A stretch of 64,000 bases of DNA. Origin: Octopus bimaculoides (Eukaryota). The translations under genes and the position numbers were made by a program. The notes below the pieces were generated by a model that had not been told where the DNA came from, did no database searches, and saw only the letters and a list, made by a program, of their open reading frames with translations. Numbering within the stretch: position 1 is the stretch's first letter; the number at the start of each line of letters is the position of its first letter. The stretch is from contig NC_069003.1 in NCBI RefSeq assembly GCF_001194135.2, positions 36,933,872 to 36,997,871 on the forward strand, read 5' to 3'. Shown here piece by piece: positions 12,105 to 25,554 of this stretch.

Positions 12105-12434
12105 AAGACCAATAAAAAATATACTAAATATTATTTTCCAGTTGTTTTCTTTAGTAAATCTAGAGTTGTCGCCCTTGCCTTGTGTTCCAAGAGTTTCGTC
12201 CTTAAAACACAGTAAATTGACATTAAATATTGCCTTTGATGGCATATAAAATGCAGACCCTCTATGCAAAGTCAGATCCATAATACATGCTTTAATGCAT
12301 TAAATACCTTCTCCTTTTTTGCCTCAATATGCGTTGTTGAAATTGGGTTCCATCTAATCTACTCGTGCGTCTTTTATGCCATCAATTATAGTAACTTTAT
12401 TATATTCACGCCTCTTAAGTATGCCAGTACTTAC

Positions 12435-12542
12435 TTCAGTGAAATATTTTCACCATACACAGCCAAACTGTTTTGTTTCTTCGGAGATTGGAGAGAGAAA
12501 GCCAAGACACTGAGTCTTATGAAAGAGATGATGAAGAACTGA
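12435..12542 (-). promoter_or_regulatory. Candidate non-coding first exon / start site of the DHRS11-like gene
   Basis: Minus-strand TCAGTT initiator-like motif (12542-12537) and strong donor GAA|GTAAGTAC at 12435/12434; linkage to the 8497 acceptor is inferred only. Confidence 0.3.
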
Positions 12543-12589
12543 GACATCTGGTGCCTTACTGTATTCAAGACCACCACAGCAGGATTAAT

Positions 12590-12745
12590 ACTGGTGCTCA
12601 TGCCACATAAAAAGCATCCAGTACACTTCGTGGAGTGGTTGGCATTAGGAAGGGCGTCCGGCTGTAGAAACCAGGCCAAAACAGCCAATGGAACCTGGTG
12701 CAGCTCTCCAGCCCTGCCAGCTCCTGTCAAAGCATCCAACTCACA
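12590..12745 (+). mobile_element. Short RTE-3'-end-related repeat
   Basis: gtggttggcattaggaagggcgtccggctgtagaaacc...cctggtgcagc, homologous to 1090-1260. Further copies at 20768-20900 (+), 23640-23790 (-), 33480-33760 (+), 47130-47338 (+), 52010-52200 (-). Confidence 0.75.
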
Positions 12746-13371
12746 TCACCATGGAAACCGGATATTAAATGATGACGAAGATGATCATTATGTTAATGTG
12801 TATAAAAACACACAAACACAGAAAAAAAAAAAAGAAAAAAGAAAAACAAAACAAGACAAAACTCAGTATGGAAAGTGTTCATATCTTTTTTTTTATTATT
12901 CTGTTGATTTATGTACATTTACAGTCTCAGAAAACAAAGTGGAAGGGGCCAAGGGTTTGAGGCTTTCGCCTTTCTTAAAAAAAAAAAAATTATAGAATTA
13001 AGGACAGGGTAAAAAAAAAAAATAAATAAAAATACCTTTGTTGAAAGTCGAGAAAAAGAAAACAAATGGGGGAGACAGGAAAAAAAGTTTTCTTGAAATT
13101 TTAAATTCCGCATTCTTATAGTAAATGTGAGAAAAATCCAACAGTCTCTCCAACTAATGTCTCCCAAACCTACAAGGAGTTTGTTTGGGTGGGGAGTGAG
13201 GTCGCCAGGTGCCAGTAGAGACTGGGCAGTCGACGGACATAGAAGAGGCTGGACATGCCAATATGAAATGCAGAAAACTCATTTTGCTTAGGGATTGCAG
13301 TAGTAAATGCAGAGACGTGATAGACAGAGTGAAGAGAAGAGAGATAGAAAAATGGTGGTGGAAAGTAGTTC

Positions 13372-16300
13372 TCAAACACCTTCTCCTCTGGAGGGTTCAT
13401 CGAAGTTTTCCACAAGATCTGAAACAAAAAAAAAAACAAGCATTTATTATCTCACAGATTATCACAAAGCTTTGGAAAACAGTCACCTATTTTATTTAGT
13501 CAATCCCATGCTACTCGGCTGGTCTCACTAAAAATAAGCCAACGTACGAGGAGTATATTATTTTAAAATGATTCTCTCTCAGAATCAGGTTAAGACTTGC
13601 AGAGGGTCGTAGGAGGCCATTCAGAGTCCCTTCTTCAAAAAAGAAAAAAAGTGTTATGTCACTGAAACCATTCAAAGAGGGTCCAATGTATCGGCTGATT
13701 ATGGGTTCTAGCTTTTGACTAGGCCTGCCCCATCGAAATTGTTGGCCAAAATTTAAAAACAATTATTATTATTATAAGGCAGTGGAGCTGGTAAAATCGT
13801 TTGTTCAGTGGCTTTTATGATCCTTACCGTTGATGTAAAACTGACATCGACATTTTGATATCGACTGTCAGAACATTACAAGCTAAAACCTTTGTTCTAC
13901 CCACAAAGACTCCTTCTTGTTCCACTGATTTGATTGAGGCCTTGAAATCCCTTTGAGTTACAAACTAGAAACTGAGAAGCCTGGTAGCTTATGTTGAGTG
14001 ATAAGGGATGGGGAATGATGGTTAATGCTTAAGGAAACATGCAAAAGCCTACAAGATGTGTGTGGGAATGGTGGAAGCAAAAAGTCTACTGTACCAGGAA
14101 CTTCATCATCATCAGCATCAATGTCTTCTGTAGAAGGTTTGCTGGTGTCTCCCTCTGCTGCAAAAAACAATCAAACAGAGTTAGCCTAATCAACTATAAT
14201 TATAATAATGACAACAACAACAAAGTGGACCATCATAAAAATATAAAAAGTGGATTAAACTATTTTTTAATAAATATTTCATGCCAGATGCAACACACCT
14301 GAAATATCTGAAGAAGTGTCCAGAATGATGTCTGCTGTCAGTCGTTAACGATCTCGCTCCTATCAGTTGATGATCGACACACTTGACGTTTACCAATTAA
14401 TATAATTTCCAAGAAATGTCTTCAAATTATTTTATAATTTCTATATTGGTTGCTATAGTAACATTATTATCAGATCAACCAGTGACAACAAAAACAACAA
14501 CAGATTAAAGCAACAAAGGTCCAGACAAGAAGACTTACCTCCGGCCACGCTATTAGCCAACTTCTTTAAATTACTCAAACTCTCGGCACCAAGCTGGTTC
14601 AAGATTCCAGGTAACATTTCAGCAATTTCTACAAAGATACATTCAAAATAACCAACACAATTGAACCAAATCAAAGACACTACATTATCAAGTTTATATG
14701 TTCACACCTATTTCTATTAGGGTTTATAGATTTGCCAGAGAAAATATGTTGAAGCAATTAACAGTTAAACAAATTGACAAAATCTTTGAAATTCCAGTTG
14801 CATAAAGCACCAGTGAAGTACAGTTTTTGCTCCTGAAAAGCTCCAGAAATTCTATTTTCAGTTTTGAAATTGAACAAAAACTCTGACAAGTTAATGGCAC
14901 TAAAGTCCAAAAACATCAACAGTTGAATCATCTGATCAAGCTGATTGAAGACAAAAGAATAAAGCAATTTCCAGTTTTAAAGACTTTTGCTGACAAAAGT
15001 TCAAATTGAATGACTTTCAAACTGAATTTGCGAAAAAGTTCTTCCAACATTTGTGTGACAGGCCTAGTTGACATAAAACAAGACAAACCTAATTTACAAG
15101 GAACACCTTATGAAACCTATCACATGTGTATACATATTCAAAGAGAGAGAGAGAGAGAGAGAGAGCAGAATACCAAGTGTAAACTTACGCCTTGTCTCTG
15201 CATGGCCGGTAATGGCAAAGGTGTTAGCTGTCAAGGACGCCTGTACTTTGGGGTTGTTGAAATGAATTACTTGACCATCTTCTTTGATCATGTTCACCTA
15301 CACAAAAAACAAAAATGCAAACAATAAAATCCTTTCATTTATTGAAAGCAGGAGGCATCCCAAACCACAATGCCCAATTCACATCTATCAATCAAGTCAA
15401 CTGTTTCATAACGAGTAAGTTATTAGTGGGAGTCTACTGACAATGAGTGATGGGGTCTGGAGATGTGTTGGAGTCATTCGATGAAGGGACAGGGGTAGCT
15501 GAGAGAGAGAGAGAGAGAAGTAAAATGACGAGGCTGATACACACACGTCATCATTTAATGCCTGCTTGACCACGTTTACAAGGGCCAGAGGGAGCCCTCC
15601 CAGTCACTAACCCTTACCTGTTTCCAATCAATGTAATATTTCTCCCTGGCCAGACATGTTCTCACAGAATGACACAGCTTGTATGACAATCATTTTACAA
15701 CTATCATGTAATATGAAGACAAGGGGACACTAACACAAACGTATACCTGGTGGTATTCTCCCATTCACCAAATCCACTTAGGGACAATAGTAGAAGACAC
15801 TTGGGCCATACATGCTATGCAATAGGACCAAACCCCAAACCATATAAATATAGGCGTGTGTTGAAGGATCACTTTTATTCTTCCCCAACCATTTGCAACA
15901 CAAATACACCAGCAAGCAAGGGACACGGGAGTTCNNNNNNNNNNTCAAATGCGACAATATAACCATCTTCAACCCCCCCCTACACACTCACCTCTTCAAT
16001 GCCAGAAATGTTGCTGACTGTCAACTTCTTCAGCGAAACCTGCAACTTTTTGTCGTCGGTGGTGGCAGTGCGATGGACGACCTTCTTTTTCCTTCTGGCT
16101 GTTCCCTGTCAACAGAAATTACAAACTGAATAACAGCAATTTAGAAACAAAGTGCTAATTGATAAATAACAACAGTAATGATTGCTACGAGAGACGGCAC
16201 AGATCTACAGAATTTCTAAAAGGAGTCAGAAATCTGATGTTTTATGCTTTTCACTGACACGACCTCTACAACCAGATATTTGAATGTCAGAAGGTTATTT

Positions 16301-16883
16301 CTTGTTTCTTCTTCTATAACAAACTGCCCCTCCCCTATAACTCATCATTCTAATGCCAGCCAAGTTCCACTGTAACCAATTCTCTAAAAAGCCATTTACA
16401 CTGCATTTCCCAGACCTACTGCAAAGAAGATTTCAGCTCCAGAGCTGGTGACGAAGCATCCCATTAAATACAGTATGCTTTTGGTTTCTGCAACAAGGTC
16501 CAACTCGTGTTGGACCTTGTTACAAAGTTACAATGAAAACTAAGAGAAGCAGAATATAGAGCCCAGAGGGAAGCATATTGGAGAATATTGTCAACAGCCC
16601 ATGCTTCAAAGGGATCAAATGTCTGAATGGCATTTAGTGTGAAGTTGTGGCATTGAAGAATTTTTCAAGAGCATCAGTGATGTGTATGGAACAAGTGTAG
16701 TGGTAGACTGAAGTGTAAATTAGGCGTTAGTCTTATCTTGATTCTAAAAAAGAAAGTACTAGCAAACACAGATCAGTGATTTTATTAAGAGCTAAATCTA
16801 TAGAAGTTCAGTGTGCTTACCTTACCACCAATACGGATATCTTTCACCTGATTCTGAAGCTGTCGTAACTTTTCAGCATTCAT
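13372..16883 (-). CDS. BTF3: Transcription factor BTF3 / nascent polypeptide-associated complex beta subunit, 161 aa
   Basis: complement(join(13372..13418,14095..14157,14539..14628,15189..15297,15992..16105,16821..16883)). [49 protein letters not shown]...[53 protein letters not shown]...[21 protein letters not shown]. All introns GT-AG; an acceptor at 16891-16892 implies an upstream UTR exon. Confidence 0.95.
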
Positions 16884-16972
16884 GTTTTGTCTGAATTAAT
16901 TTAAATGTATAAATACAAAACCTGAAAATACAGAACAAAATCTCAGACATAATAATAATATAAACGTAATGC

Positions 16973-17006
<34 letters not shown>

Positions 17007-20000
17007 GAACAGTCGAAATAGGACTTCCAGACAGACGTCAACTCTGAAGAAGACAAATTCTAACCGTTGTACTCTCAATGAACTTATATTGCAATTCTAT
17101 TCAATGAATTACATAAAACCTGGAAAAATGAGCTCATGTGAAAAAAAGAAACGAAAAAAGCCTCTCAGGCAAAACCAAGATACAGGAGAGAACTATTTTG
17201 TCAGAAGCCTAGCAACAGAGGCATTTTGGATTTGTGAAGTGTGTAAATGTAAATCCACTTCTCTGAGCAGATAATGCCCAGGTGAAGCAACAGCTAAATG
17301 AACTGAAGGTAATAAGGCACTCGGATCCAGAAATACCAACAGTGAGATTTGAACCAATGATCAAGGGGTATAATCTTTTCCTTACTTTTCCCCTAAACAT
17401 GTGGGAAGGAAGCAAGCGGAAACCCACTACAAACAGGGTCATTGCAATTGCGGTGGGGTTGTTCTGACAGCAGGAAAAGGAAGCTAAATGCAGGGTAATT
17501 CTCTCAACTGGAGCAAAAGCTGTGTTTGGCTGAGGAAATAACAGCAACACACCAAAGGGAGGAGCCAAGCCTCGTTCATCACATTTCCACAAAAAGCTTC
17601 AGGTGTAAAAAAAAAAAAATTCTGTCTATTAAACATTACACAATAGACAGAGAGTGGGGTCAGTTGACGGCATCATATGTTGGCTGATGCAGGAGTTTCC
17701 AAGACTTAAGTCTGCACAAGAAACCAGTTTCAAAGTCACCCTTCCCGACCAGTCTACTGCTTCTGTCTGGCAAGAAGGTGTGAAGATCAACAATCCAGGA
17801 CCTAATCCATTCCTAAACAAAATAAGCAACTAACTCTTGCCTCCACAACATTCCACAAGCTTTCTGAATATTGAGAAGCCAACTGTATAACACACACACG
17901 CACACAAGGATAGAAGGAATTGAAAGAAAATATTTTAATTATAAATGCTATTTACTTAATTGCTAATCAAGATGTGCAATATAGTAAATAATTTTCTTTT
18001 TTTTAATTAACATCACCAAGTAGAGGCTGGCAGGGACAAGGTCTTTATCATATAAATGTAGAAGTGAAGTGGCCTGCTTGAATATATATATTCATAAATT
18101 ATCAGGTCAAGAGTTCAACTGTTTCATGACAATTTCTTTGTGATGTGTTTTGGTGACTGTAACAGGCTGGCACCATATCCAAGAAATGTTACCAAATCTG
18201 GCTGCTCAATAGTTTTAAACATTACCAAATGCTATTGCACAGCTGCAGTTTTATCCTATGAAGTGGATGACAATTTACAATGGGATAGGAAGCCAATCTA
18301 CTACACAGGACATTCTCACATCTTGGAAATGCAGGAAAAAACCATCCTCTACCACCATATTTGAAAAGATCCCCTGGAAGAGGGAGGTCAATGCAGCAAT
18401 CACAAGATAATCCCTATCTCCGTGACACATTAGCTTAATACTCATAAATAACGACTCCATCTTTCTCTTCTCCCTTCCTCCACACAACCCCCCCCCNNNN
18501 NNNNNNCCCCATGCACATATTAATTAACAGCTGTTAACTTAATTAAGACAGCCGGATTCATTAACCAAATGTATAAGCTTCAAGCATCGATTTACCCTCC
18601 TCATTAATTATTTTTCTCTCTGGACAGAAAATAAGCCCAAGTTGAATTCGTTACTCAAGTTAGTTCTTACCAGACAGGAGGGCCACCAATTCAATAGTTT
18701 GGAACGCCTTATACACACACACAAAGCTTTTAGCAATGATCCAACGGCTTAACTCAGCAGTTCTTAAATCTTTACATAATACTCTACTGCAAACATTTCT
18801 TATTCAACTCACTTTACAAACGACAATGTATTTTCTTCCTCCAGTTCAAAGCAGCTTAACTAAAATAATAGTTAATTATAAGGAAAACGCACCAGATCAG
18901 GCCTACAGATGTGGTTAATAGTTGAGAGAGAGTCGGGAAAATACGATATAATCAAGAACAATCTCATTAGAGAAATGCTTTAATTGCCAGAGTTGTTCTT
19001 GAATAGAATCAACTCAGCAGGCACTGGTATCCCACCACAAGTGTTACCAATGAAATACGTTGACCATTTATACGAATCACCTGAACTTTTAATGTTCGTG
19101 ACGGAGGGACTCGGCAGGAAACGTGGACAAGGAATACGCCACTTTCTTTACAGGTACAAGATTATACACACTTTAACCTGCACTATTTAACAAAGCCAAA
19201 ACAATCATCATCATCATCATCATCATCATAAAAATAAATACGTTAAGGAGGAAAGTACTCGTGGGTAACACATCCGGTAGAACGAGAGTACAGTGATTTA
19301 AATAGAGAGAGAGGAGGAGGAGGTGAGAGTGTGTATGAGATGTGGGGTGTCTGCCAAACAAGGTATCGACATTGAAACACAGCAGAACCAGGGTGGCGGG
19401 AGGAGGAAAGAAACTCCCCAACAGACACACGTGGGTAAAATGTAGTCTTGGACAAGTTCGCCATACAATTATTTAATAGGAAGAAAGGAATAAATAATAG
19501 ATACGTAAAAACTATTAAATTTATTAAAACACAATGTGATATCATATGGTAGGTCATCAGACTACACACGGTTTCGAGAACGAAGCCGCCTCGTCCACTA
19601 TTTTTAGTCTTTAATAAGAATCGGTTAATTAATTATTGGAACGAAGCGAACGTTCCAACACAGAATTTCGCCGCCGGAAGATCCGTCCCTCGTTCGTCTC
19701 TCCACATCCACCTTCTTCTAACTATTGGATGGGAGCAGAGATGAAAAAGTGCTAGAAAACCAACATCTTAAACATTTCTTAAAACCGTACAGCATGAAAT
19801 AAACGTTACATAACTGTTCTAATATTTATTTAGCTGTTTGGGGGAGGCCGACTGACATAGCAACCCATAGGACAACGAGGCTCTATAGCACAACATGCTA
19901 GAAATAGTAGCCAAATTTTCTAGTCTTACAGTCCCATTGCTAAAGATTGAAATCACTAAATCCTGTTCTGAAAGTCGAGTGACTAACATAAATTTTACAC

Positions 20001-20904
20001 TGGTTACAAGACCCAAAAAATATTTCTACCGATGACCACCACTGTCGGCTCTACTTCAGTGGAACCGTCCCCTGTATAACGAACACCAACACTGAACCAA
20101 AGTTCCAAACTATGGCTATTTGGCATCACACTGTCGAAGGATCCCAAAGCTACCACATGCTGCTGCTAAGTTGTTTTTTTTTTTTTGTAAAAACTCGAGA
20201 CATAATGATGACAGCGAATGGAGACGTTTTCACCTAACTACACCTGTCCACAAAGAACAACCGCCTACTACACTGGCTCAACAAAAGTGAGAACGTAATG
20301 CTAAACAAAGAAAGCGAAATAAATAAATAAATAAATGATCAAAGAGAGAAAAAAAATTCTTTTGTAGCCTGTTAGTAAGTGAAATGGCTGAAAACACGAT
20401 TAATACGCGACTAACAAAGTAACGCTGCCGAGAGTCTAAATATAGACTTACCTTTTTACCTTACACACTTAAGTAGCTTCACTTTCTTACTACTACTACT
20501 ACCCCCCCCCCACACACACCAAGTTATCAACCTGGGAGTTATTCATAAAACTTTATAATTAAACTTCTAACGACCAACAACATCCACCGACCTGTGAAGC
20601 AACTCTATAAACGCGAGATGAAGAGATGGGTGTTGTGATGTTCATCACCTTCCGGGCATGCAGATCTAATCAAAATGACAATGTTTACATACATACTCTC
20701 CATTCCTATTAACATTATACAGTATATATATATATATATATATATATATGATAGATAGATAGATAACGCACCCATTACACTCGGAGGGGTTGCGTTATGA
20801 AGGGCATCCAGCCATAGAAACCGTACCAAATCAGACTGGAATCTGGTGCAGCACCTCAGCTTACCAGCCCTGGTCAAACCACCTAACCCATGCCAGCATG
20901 AACA

Positions 20905-20937
<33 letters not shown>

Positions 20938-20974
20938 TGAAGCTGTTCCAACGAAGAATAGTAACTGGAAAACT

Positions 20975-21742
20975 GCAGAATCAGGTCATCAAGAACATTG
21001 GTGCACCTCTCAAAGAAAAGTTAATTGGCTGACCACGAAATCTTGCAAGCATTAGTTTCAACTCTTAATGATGCTGCAGTTTTATCAACAGTGCAAAATT
21101 GGGCAGTTGAATTTAGGAGGGGAAGGGAGAGTCTTGGAGATGAGAAAAAGGGACTGGATGTCCTGCAACTGCCACCACAAAGGAAAATATTGGTTGCATT
21201 CACCATATGCTGATGGATGACAGGAGATTGACTCTAAATCAAATAGCCAATGCTGCTAGCATAGCCTGTGAGAGAGTTGAGAATATTCTGCATGATGAAC
21301 TGGACAAAGGTTTCTGTTCACTGGATGCCACATCTGACATCTCATCAGAAGTGCACCAAGCTGATCACATCACTGGTAAATTTGACATTGTTTGGGGCAG
21401 ATCCAGCTCGTTTCCTTACCCAGGATTTATACTGGCTTCATCACTTTGAGCCAGAAAAAATGGGACAATCCATGCAGTGGAAGCACCCCTCCTCACCTGC
21501 CCCAAACAAAGCCACGGTTGTTTCATCTGCAGGGAAGGTGATGGCCTCAGCATTTCGGGGATGCAAAAGGCATTGTGTTTATTGACTATCTTGAAAAAAA
21601 AAACCCCAGACCATCAATGGAAAGTACTATGTCAAACACCCAGGAAAACTGACAAAAGGGGTCTTGTTTCATCAGGACAATGCATTCCTTGAGAGTATCT
21701 TGGTCAGACTATGAACCTTTCGGCCAACCCACATACTCTGAC
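20975..21742 (+). mobile_element. Degenerate mariner transposase relic
   Basis: Frameshifted segments LSTVQNWAVEFRRGRESL, MDDRRLTLNQIANA...RVENILHDEL, FLTQD..WLHHFEPE..GQSMQWKHPSSPAPNKA.VVSSAGKVMAS, GVLFHQDNA. Confidence 0.88.
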
Positions 21743-23200
21743 AATCTCATTTGAGGTACCATAGTCCAAGAGGCTATGAAATACGACTTTTCCGTTGACA
21801 CAATCAAAGGTTTTGAAATAACCCATAAATAAAACCGATTCTTGTCCCTTCGACAATTCTGTGGTTAATGTTGATCTGCCATCATGGAAGCCATTTTGGT
21901 TCTACCTGAAGAAGAGACCAATATGAAAGGAAATTATATCAAGAAGCCAAGAGGTGTAGATTTTTGAGGCAAGAAGTGAGGATATGATTCCTCTGAAATG
22001 AATGGAGATCATGTTTCTTTGAAGACTTTGAGAAGGCTGTCAGTTTGTTTTCTTTAGAGATCTGGTTACCAAAATCCAAAGATGTTTGTGGAAGAGAAGA
22101 TGCTTCCAAATGATGGCTGGGTGCTATCTGCTACTTTGTGGTTGAAGAAATGATCATCATTAAGTTAGGTGCTGCACAGTTCTCCTTTAGTCAGTTTTTT
22201 TCCCCTCTCTTGCTTTGCAAATCATTAAAGACACCCTCTTCTTGATAAGTTACAGCAGAGCTGGCCCCAACACAGCGATATGCTTGCTTTTATTATGGAA
22301 GGTGTTAAACCTATATTTTAGTCTCCCCAGTGGACTCAGATTGCTGGTTTCTTCGGTTCTTCTCGAGCCTGTTGTTACCTGCTTATTGGAAGCAAAGGCT
22401 AGGGTCTGCATTCTCTTCTTTGAAGCATTTCCAGTGTTGTGTGTCTCAGTTTGGGGTGTCTATATATATGCAGCACTGTTATTATCCTCAAGTCTGTCAC
22501 AGAGAACGATGGTTTTGTTGTCTACAGCAGCTGTAAACTCCTTGCATAGGTTAGCATTACCTGCTATTTTTTTCCCCACTTGAGTAGTTTCATAGAATTT
22601 CTGATTAGTATTTGGTTCTTGTGGCATTTGCATAAAATAATTCTGGTCATATTTAACATCCTCCCCCCTTTTAATGCTAATAATTCATTTCTTTGTAGTT
22701 GGAATATAACTCAAGGCTGAGTGCTGGAGTTGTGTTAATTGTAGCTGTTTGTTCCTGATAGAACTGGGAGTTCATTCTATGGGCTTCAGCAGCAGGGAAC
22801 CATGTTTACTGTGTTTCATGACATACTCAACACATTTCTTCATGCTGATAACAACATTAAGGGACTTTTGGAGAAAATACTTTTCCAGTGGCAGCATTCC
22901 TCTTATTCTTTCTCTTGCATGTGTAACTCTGCCATGGGTCATAACAGAACTGGAAGTAAAGTGAGTTAATTCCATTCTTAATATCTGGGGTTTCCCAACG
23001 TTAGACCTTGGCGCACACACACACACACAAGCACGAGTATGTTTAAGAGTCTCACCTCCTAACATTGTTTTGGAGTTTACAGTGAAGTGTAACCCGAGGC
23101 AAAGTGGATCAGGGAGATGGAAACCAAAAGCTTGTTTGGATACATGTTTGCACTTCTCCATCATTTCCCCCTGGCTTTGTATCCTTGATGTATGGAACAA
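21743..23200 (-). mobile_element. Degenerate non-LTR retrotransposon reverse-transcriptase relic (RTE-like)
   Basis: Minus frames contain PAIIWKH, QNGFHDGRST and FMGYFKTFDCVNGKVVFHSLLDYGTSNEIV, decayed versions of the Q.GFR.GRST and FIDF.KAFD.V RT motifs. The right boundary is approximate. Confidence 0.6.
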
Positions 23201-24419
23201 GATATCCTTTATTTTGTAAATCAGATAATGATTAGTGACAGGAAGAGAATCCAGCTGTAAAACAATGCATCAATAATACATTCATCTAACCCATGCCGGC
23301 ATTGAAAAACGGATGTAATAACAAATGAACTAGTCTATGCAAAAATGGATTTTAATCAGAATTTCTGACCACAAATTGATCAAGCGGATTGGCGGCTGGG
23401 TAATCTTGGATTACAGGCTTCTACATAGTTTCCGTCTACACAATTTTACTCACAACGTATGTGCTAGCCCCAGGCTACAGAAAATGAATTTTATCCAACA
23501 TGCCATGCAGCAGGATTGAAACCAAGAAAACTTCTTAACCATCCAGCCCCACTGCACCTAAAAAGAGGATTTGGTAGACACACCAAAAGTCCATTTTCAG
23601 TGTGTGCGTGTGTGTATATGCTTGTCCAGACACGATGGTTGTAAACGAGCATCACCACCATACAGGTGAGGTGGTTTGTCTCCAGACTTCCATAAGAAAA
23701 CATAGGAAAATGTTACCTTGCTTAGGAACTGGTGAGGGTTGGCGACAGGAAGGGCATAAGGCCACAGAAAACCTGCTTCAACACTCGGACTATCTTTTCC
23801 TGAATGGCATATCAATTGCAGTGAATTCTTGAGATCATTTCCCTTTCTCATTCGGATTTGGAACCAATTGCTAACAAGCGATTAGTTTATCCTCTCAAAA
23901 AGCAATAATTTATCTTGTAGGTTATTTAATATACCTTTATTATAGACACGCACACACACAAATGTATACCCCCCTTCCACCATCGACTCGGTTTCTTTTA
24001 TAACGACAGAAAAACACTTTTTTTTAGTAGAAATTTTGCAGTGATATTCGAGAATATAGAATACAATTAGATTGATAAAATTTAGTAAAACATTACCCCC
24101 CCCCCCCAAAAAAAAACTTGTTTAGAACATCAACATTACGTGATCCACACTCTCTAAAAACGTATTTGCGCAAAACGTCATTAAAAAAAATGCAATTTAA
24201 AAAGAATTATGAGGAAACAAAAGAGGGGAAGAAATGATCCGAAACGCCTCCAAAAAACAACAAAAAATATATATTTTAATGTTATCAAATTAATGGCAAT
24301 TCTCACCCTCGGAAACGTATCTAAAATTTCATAAAAATACACAGCACTTTTGAAGAGACTATGTGGAATGGAGGTGTTATAGAAGTAGTTTGATTTTTTT
24401 ATATAGATGTAGTTTATAG

Positions 24420-24690
24420 GATCGCCTCGTAACCACGTGGTTTTAGGTTCAAATCCTAATGCGCGGCTCCATTAATAGCACCGGAGAGACCAAGCCTTTG
24501 TAAATAGACGGAAATTGTAAGAAGCCTGTTGTGCGTGTCTTTGAATGTCTCAAACCGCTAGACAACCGGTGTTGGTTGGTTTGTTTTCGTAACTTGGCGA
24601 CTTGATTAAAACAAGTACCGGGGGGTCAATATGATCGACTAAATCCTTCAAAGAGGCGCTCCAGTATGGCCTCTGGCATGAAGTATAGAA
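24420..24690 (+). mobile_element. tRNA-derived SINE, diverged
   Basis: cacgtggttttaggttcaaatcc head, gaagcctgttgtg body, acaagtaccggggggtcaatatgatcgactaaatccttcaa tail. Confidence 0.65.
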
Positions 24691-25554
24691 AAAAAATACA
24701 TAAGAACAGTATACATGTATGTATAAATAAATACACACACACACATAGCTGTCATACGATTCTGGCGTTACTAAGAATCCGCAAGCAATAAGTTTTCACT
24801 TCAACATCTTGAGGTGCCCAGCCTAAAGATTTCTTCGATGCAAAAATTGTTTTTTAATTAATTTCCTTTAGCAAATCACAATTAAAGTTTACAATAATAA
24901 ATCAATATATTCCTATAATTTTTGAAAGAGTAAAATTTCTCCTCATAGGGTTTTTAAAAATTTATTTTTAGAAACATATTCTGTGTTCTTTTCACAAGGA
25001 GGAACTTATTCCGTTTATCATTTTGTCCACGTTTTTTTTTTTGCTACGTCCTGTACCCAGATATGCATCTATATATACATGCAGATGTAGGTATGTACAT
25101 ACATATACTCATATATTATTTGTGTGTATATATATATATACATATTATTATATAGTCGTTGGTATGTACGTATCTTATTACACACACGGCACTCACATTT
25201 AGCTCGAGATACAATTATAGCTTATTCCAGAATCCCTAATACACATTATAGACAATAAATGCACGTTTAATGATCAATATATATTTAGATTCACACACAT
25301 ATTTATCTTCCTACACCTCTGCCCCACATGTGACCGAACGGCATTGACACTTTTCCCCAAAACCTGAATCCACGATCATCTTTTTTTTTTTTTTTTCTTT
25401 TTTTGTAATTTTTATCTCGACTCAGAAAATAATTCTGGTATCTTTTTTTGCCCTTTCTGAAAACAAAAACATACTGTAAATATCAAATAGACGACGGGCT
25501 GTACGTTAATCGATGGCTATCTGTAATTTCTAGGCCCGTGTTAAGGGTGTCAGG

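Noticed and set aside
13895-13965. Alternative last BTF3 exon after tttctag
   Set aside because: Translation has no similarity to the DLVENFDE ending, which is found at 13372-13418.
14315-14380. snoRNA candidate bounded by gtgtc/gacac in a BTF3 intron (similar weak cases at 19100-19190, 30400-30445, 36430-36510)
   Set aside because: Could not place a correct C/D or H/ACA box set on the host strand with proper spacing.
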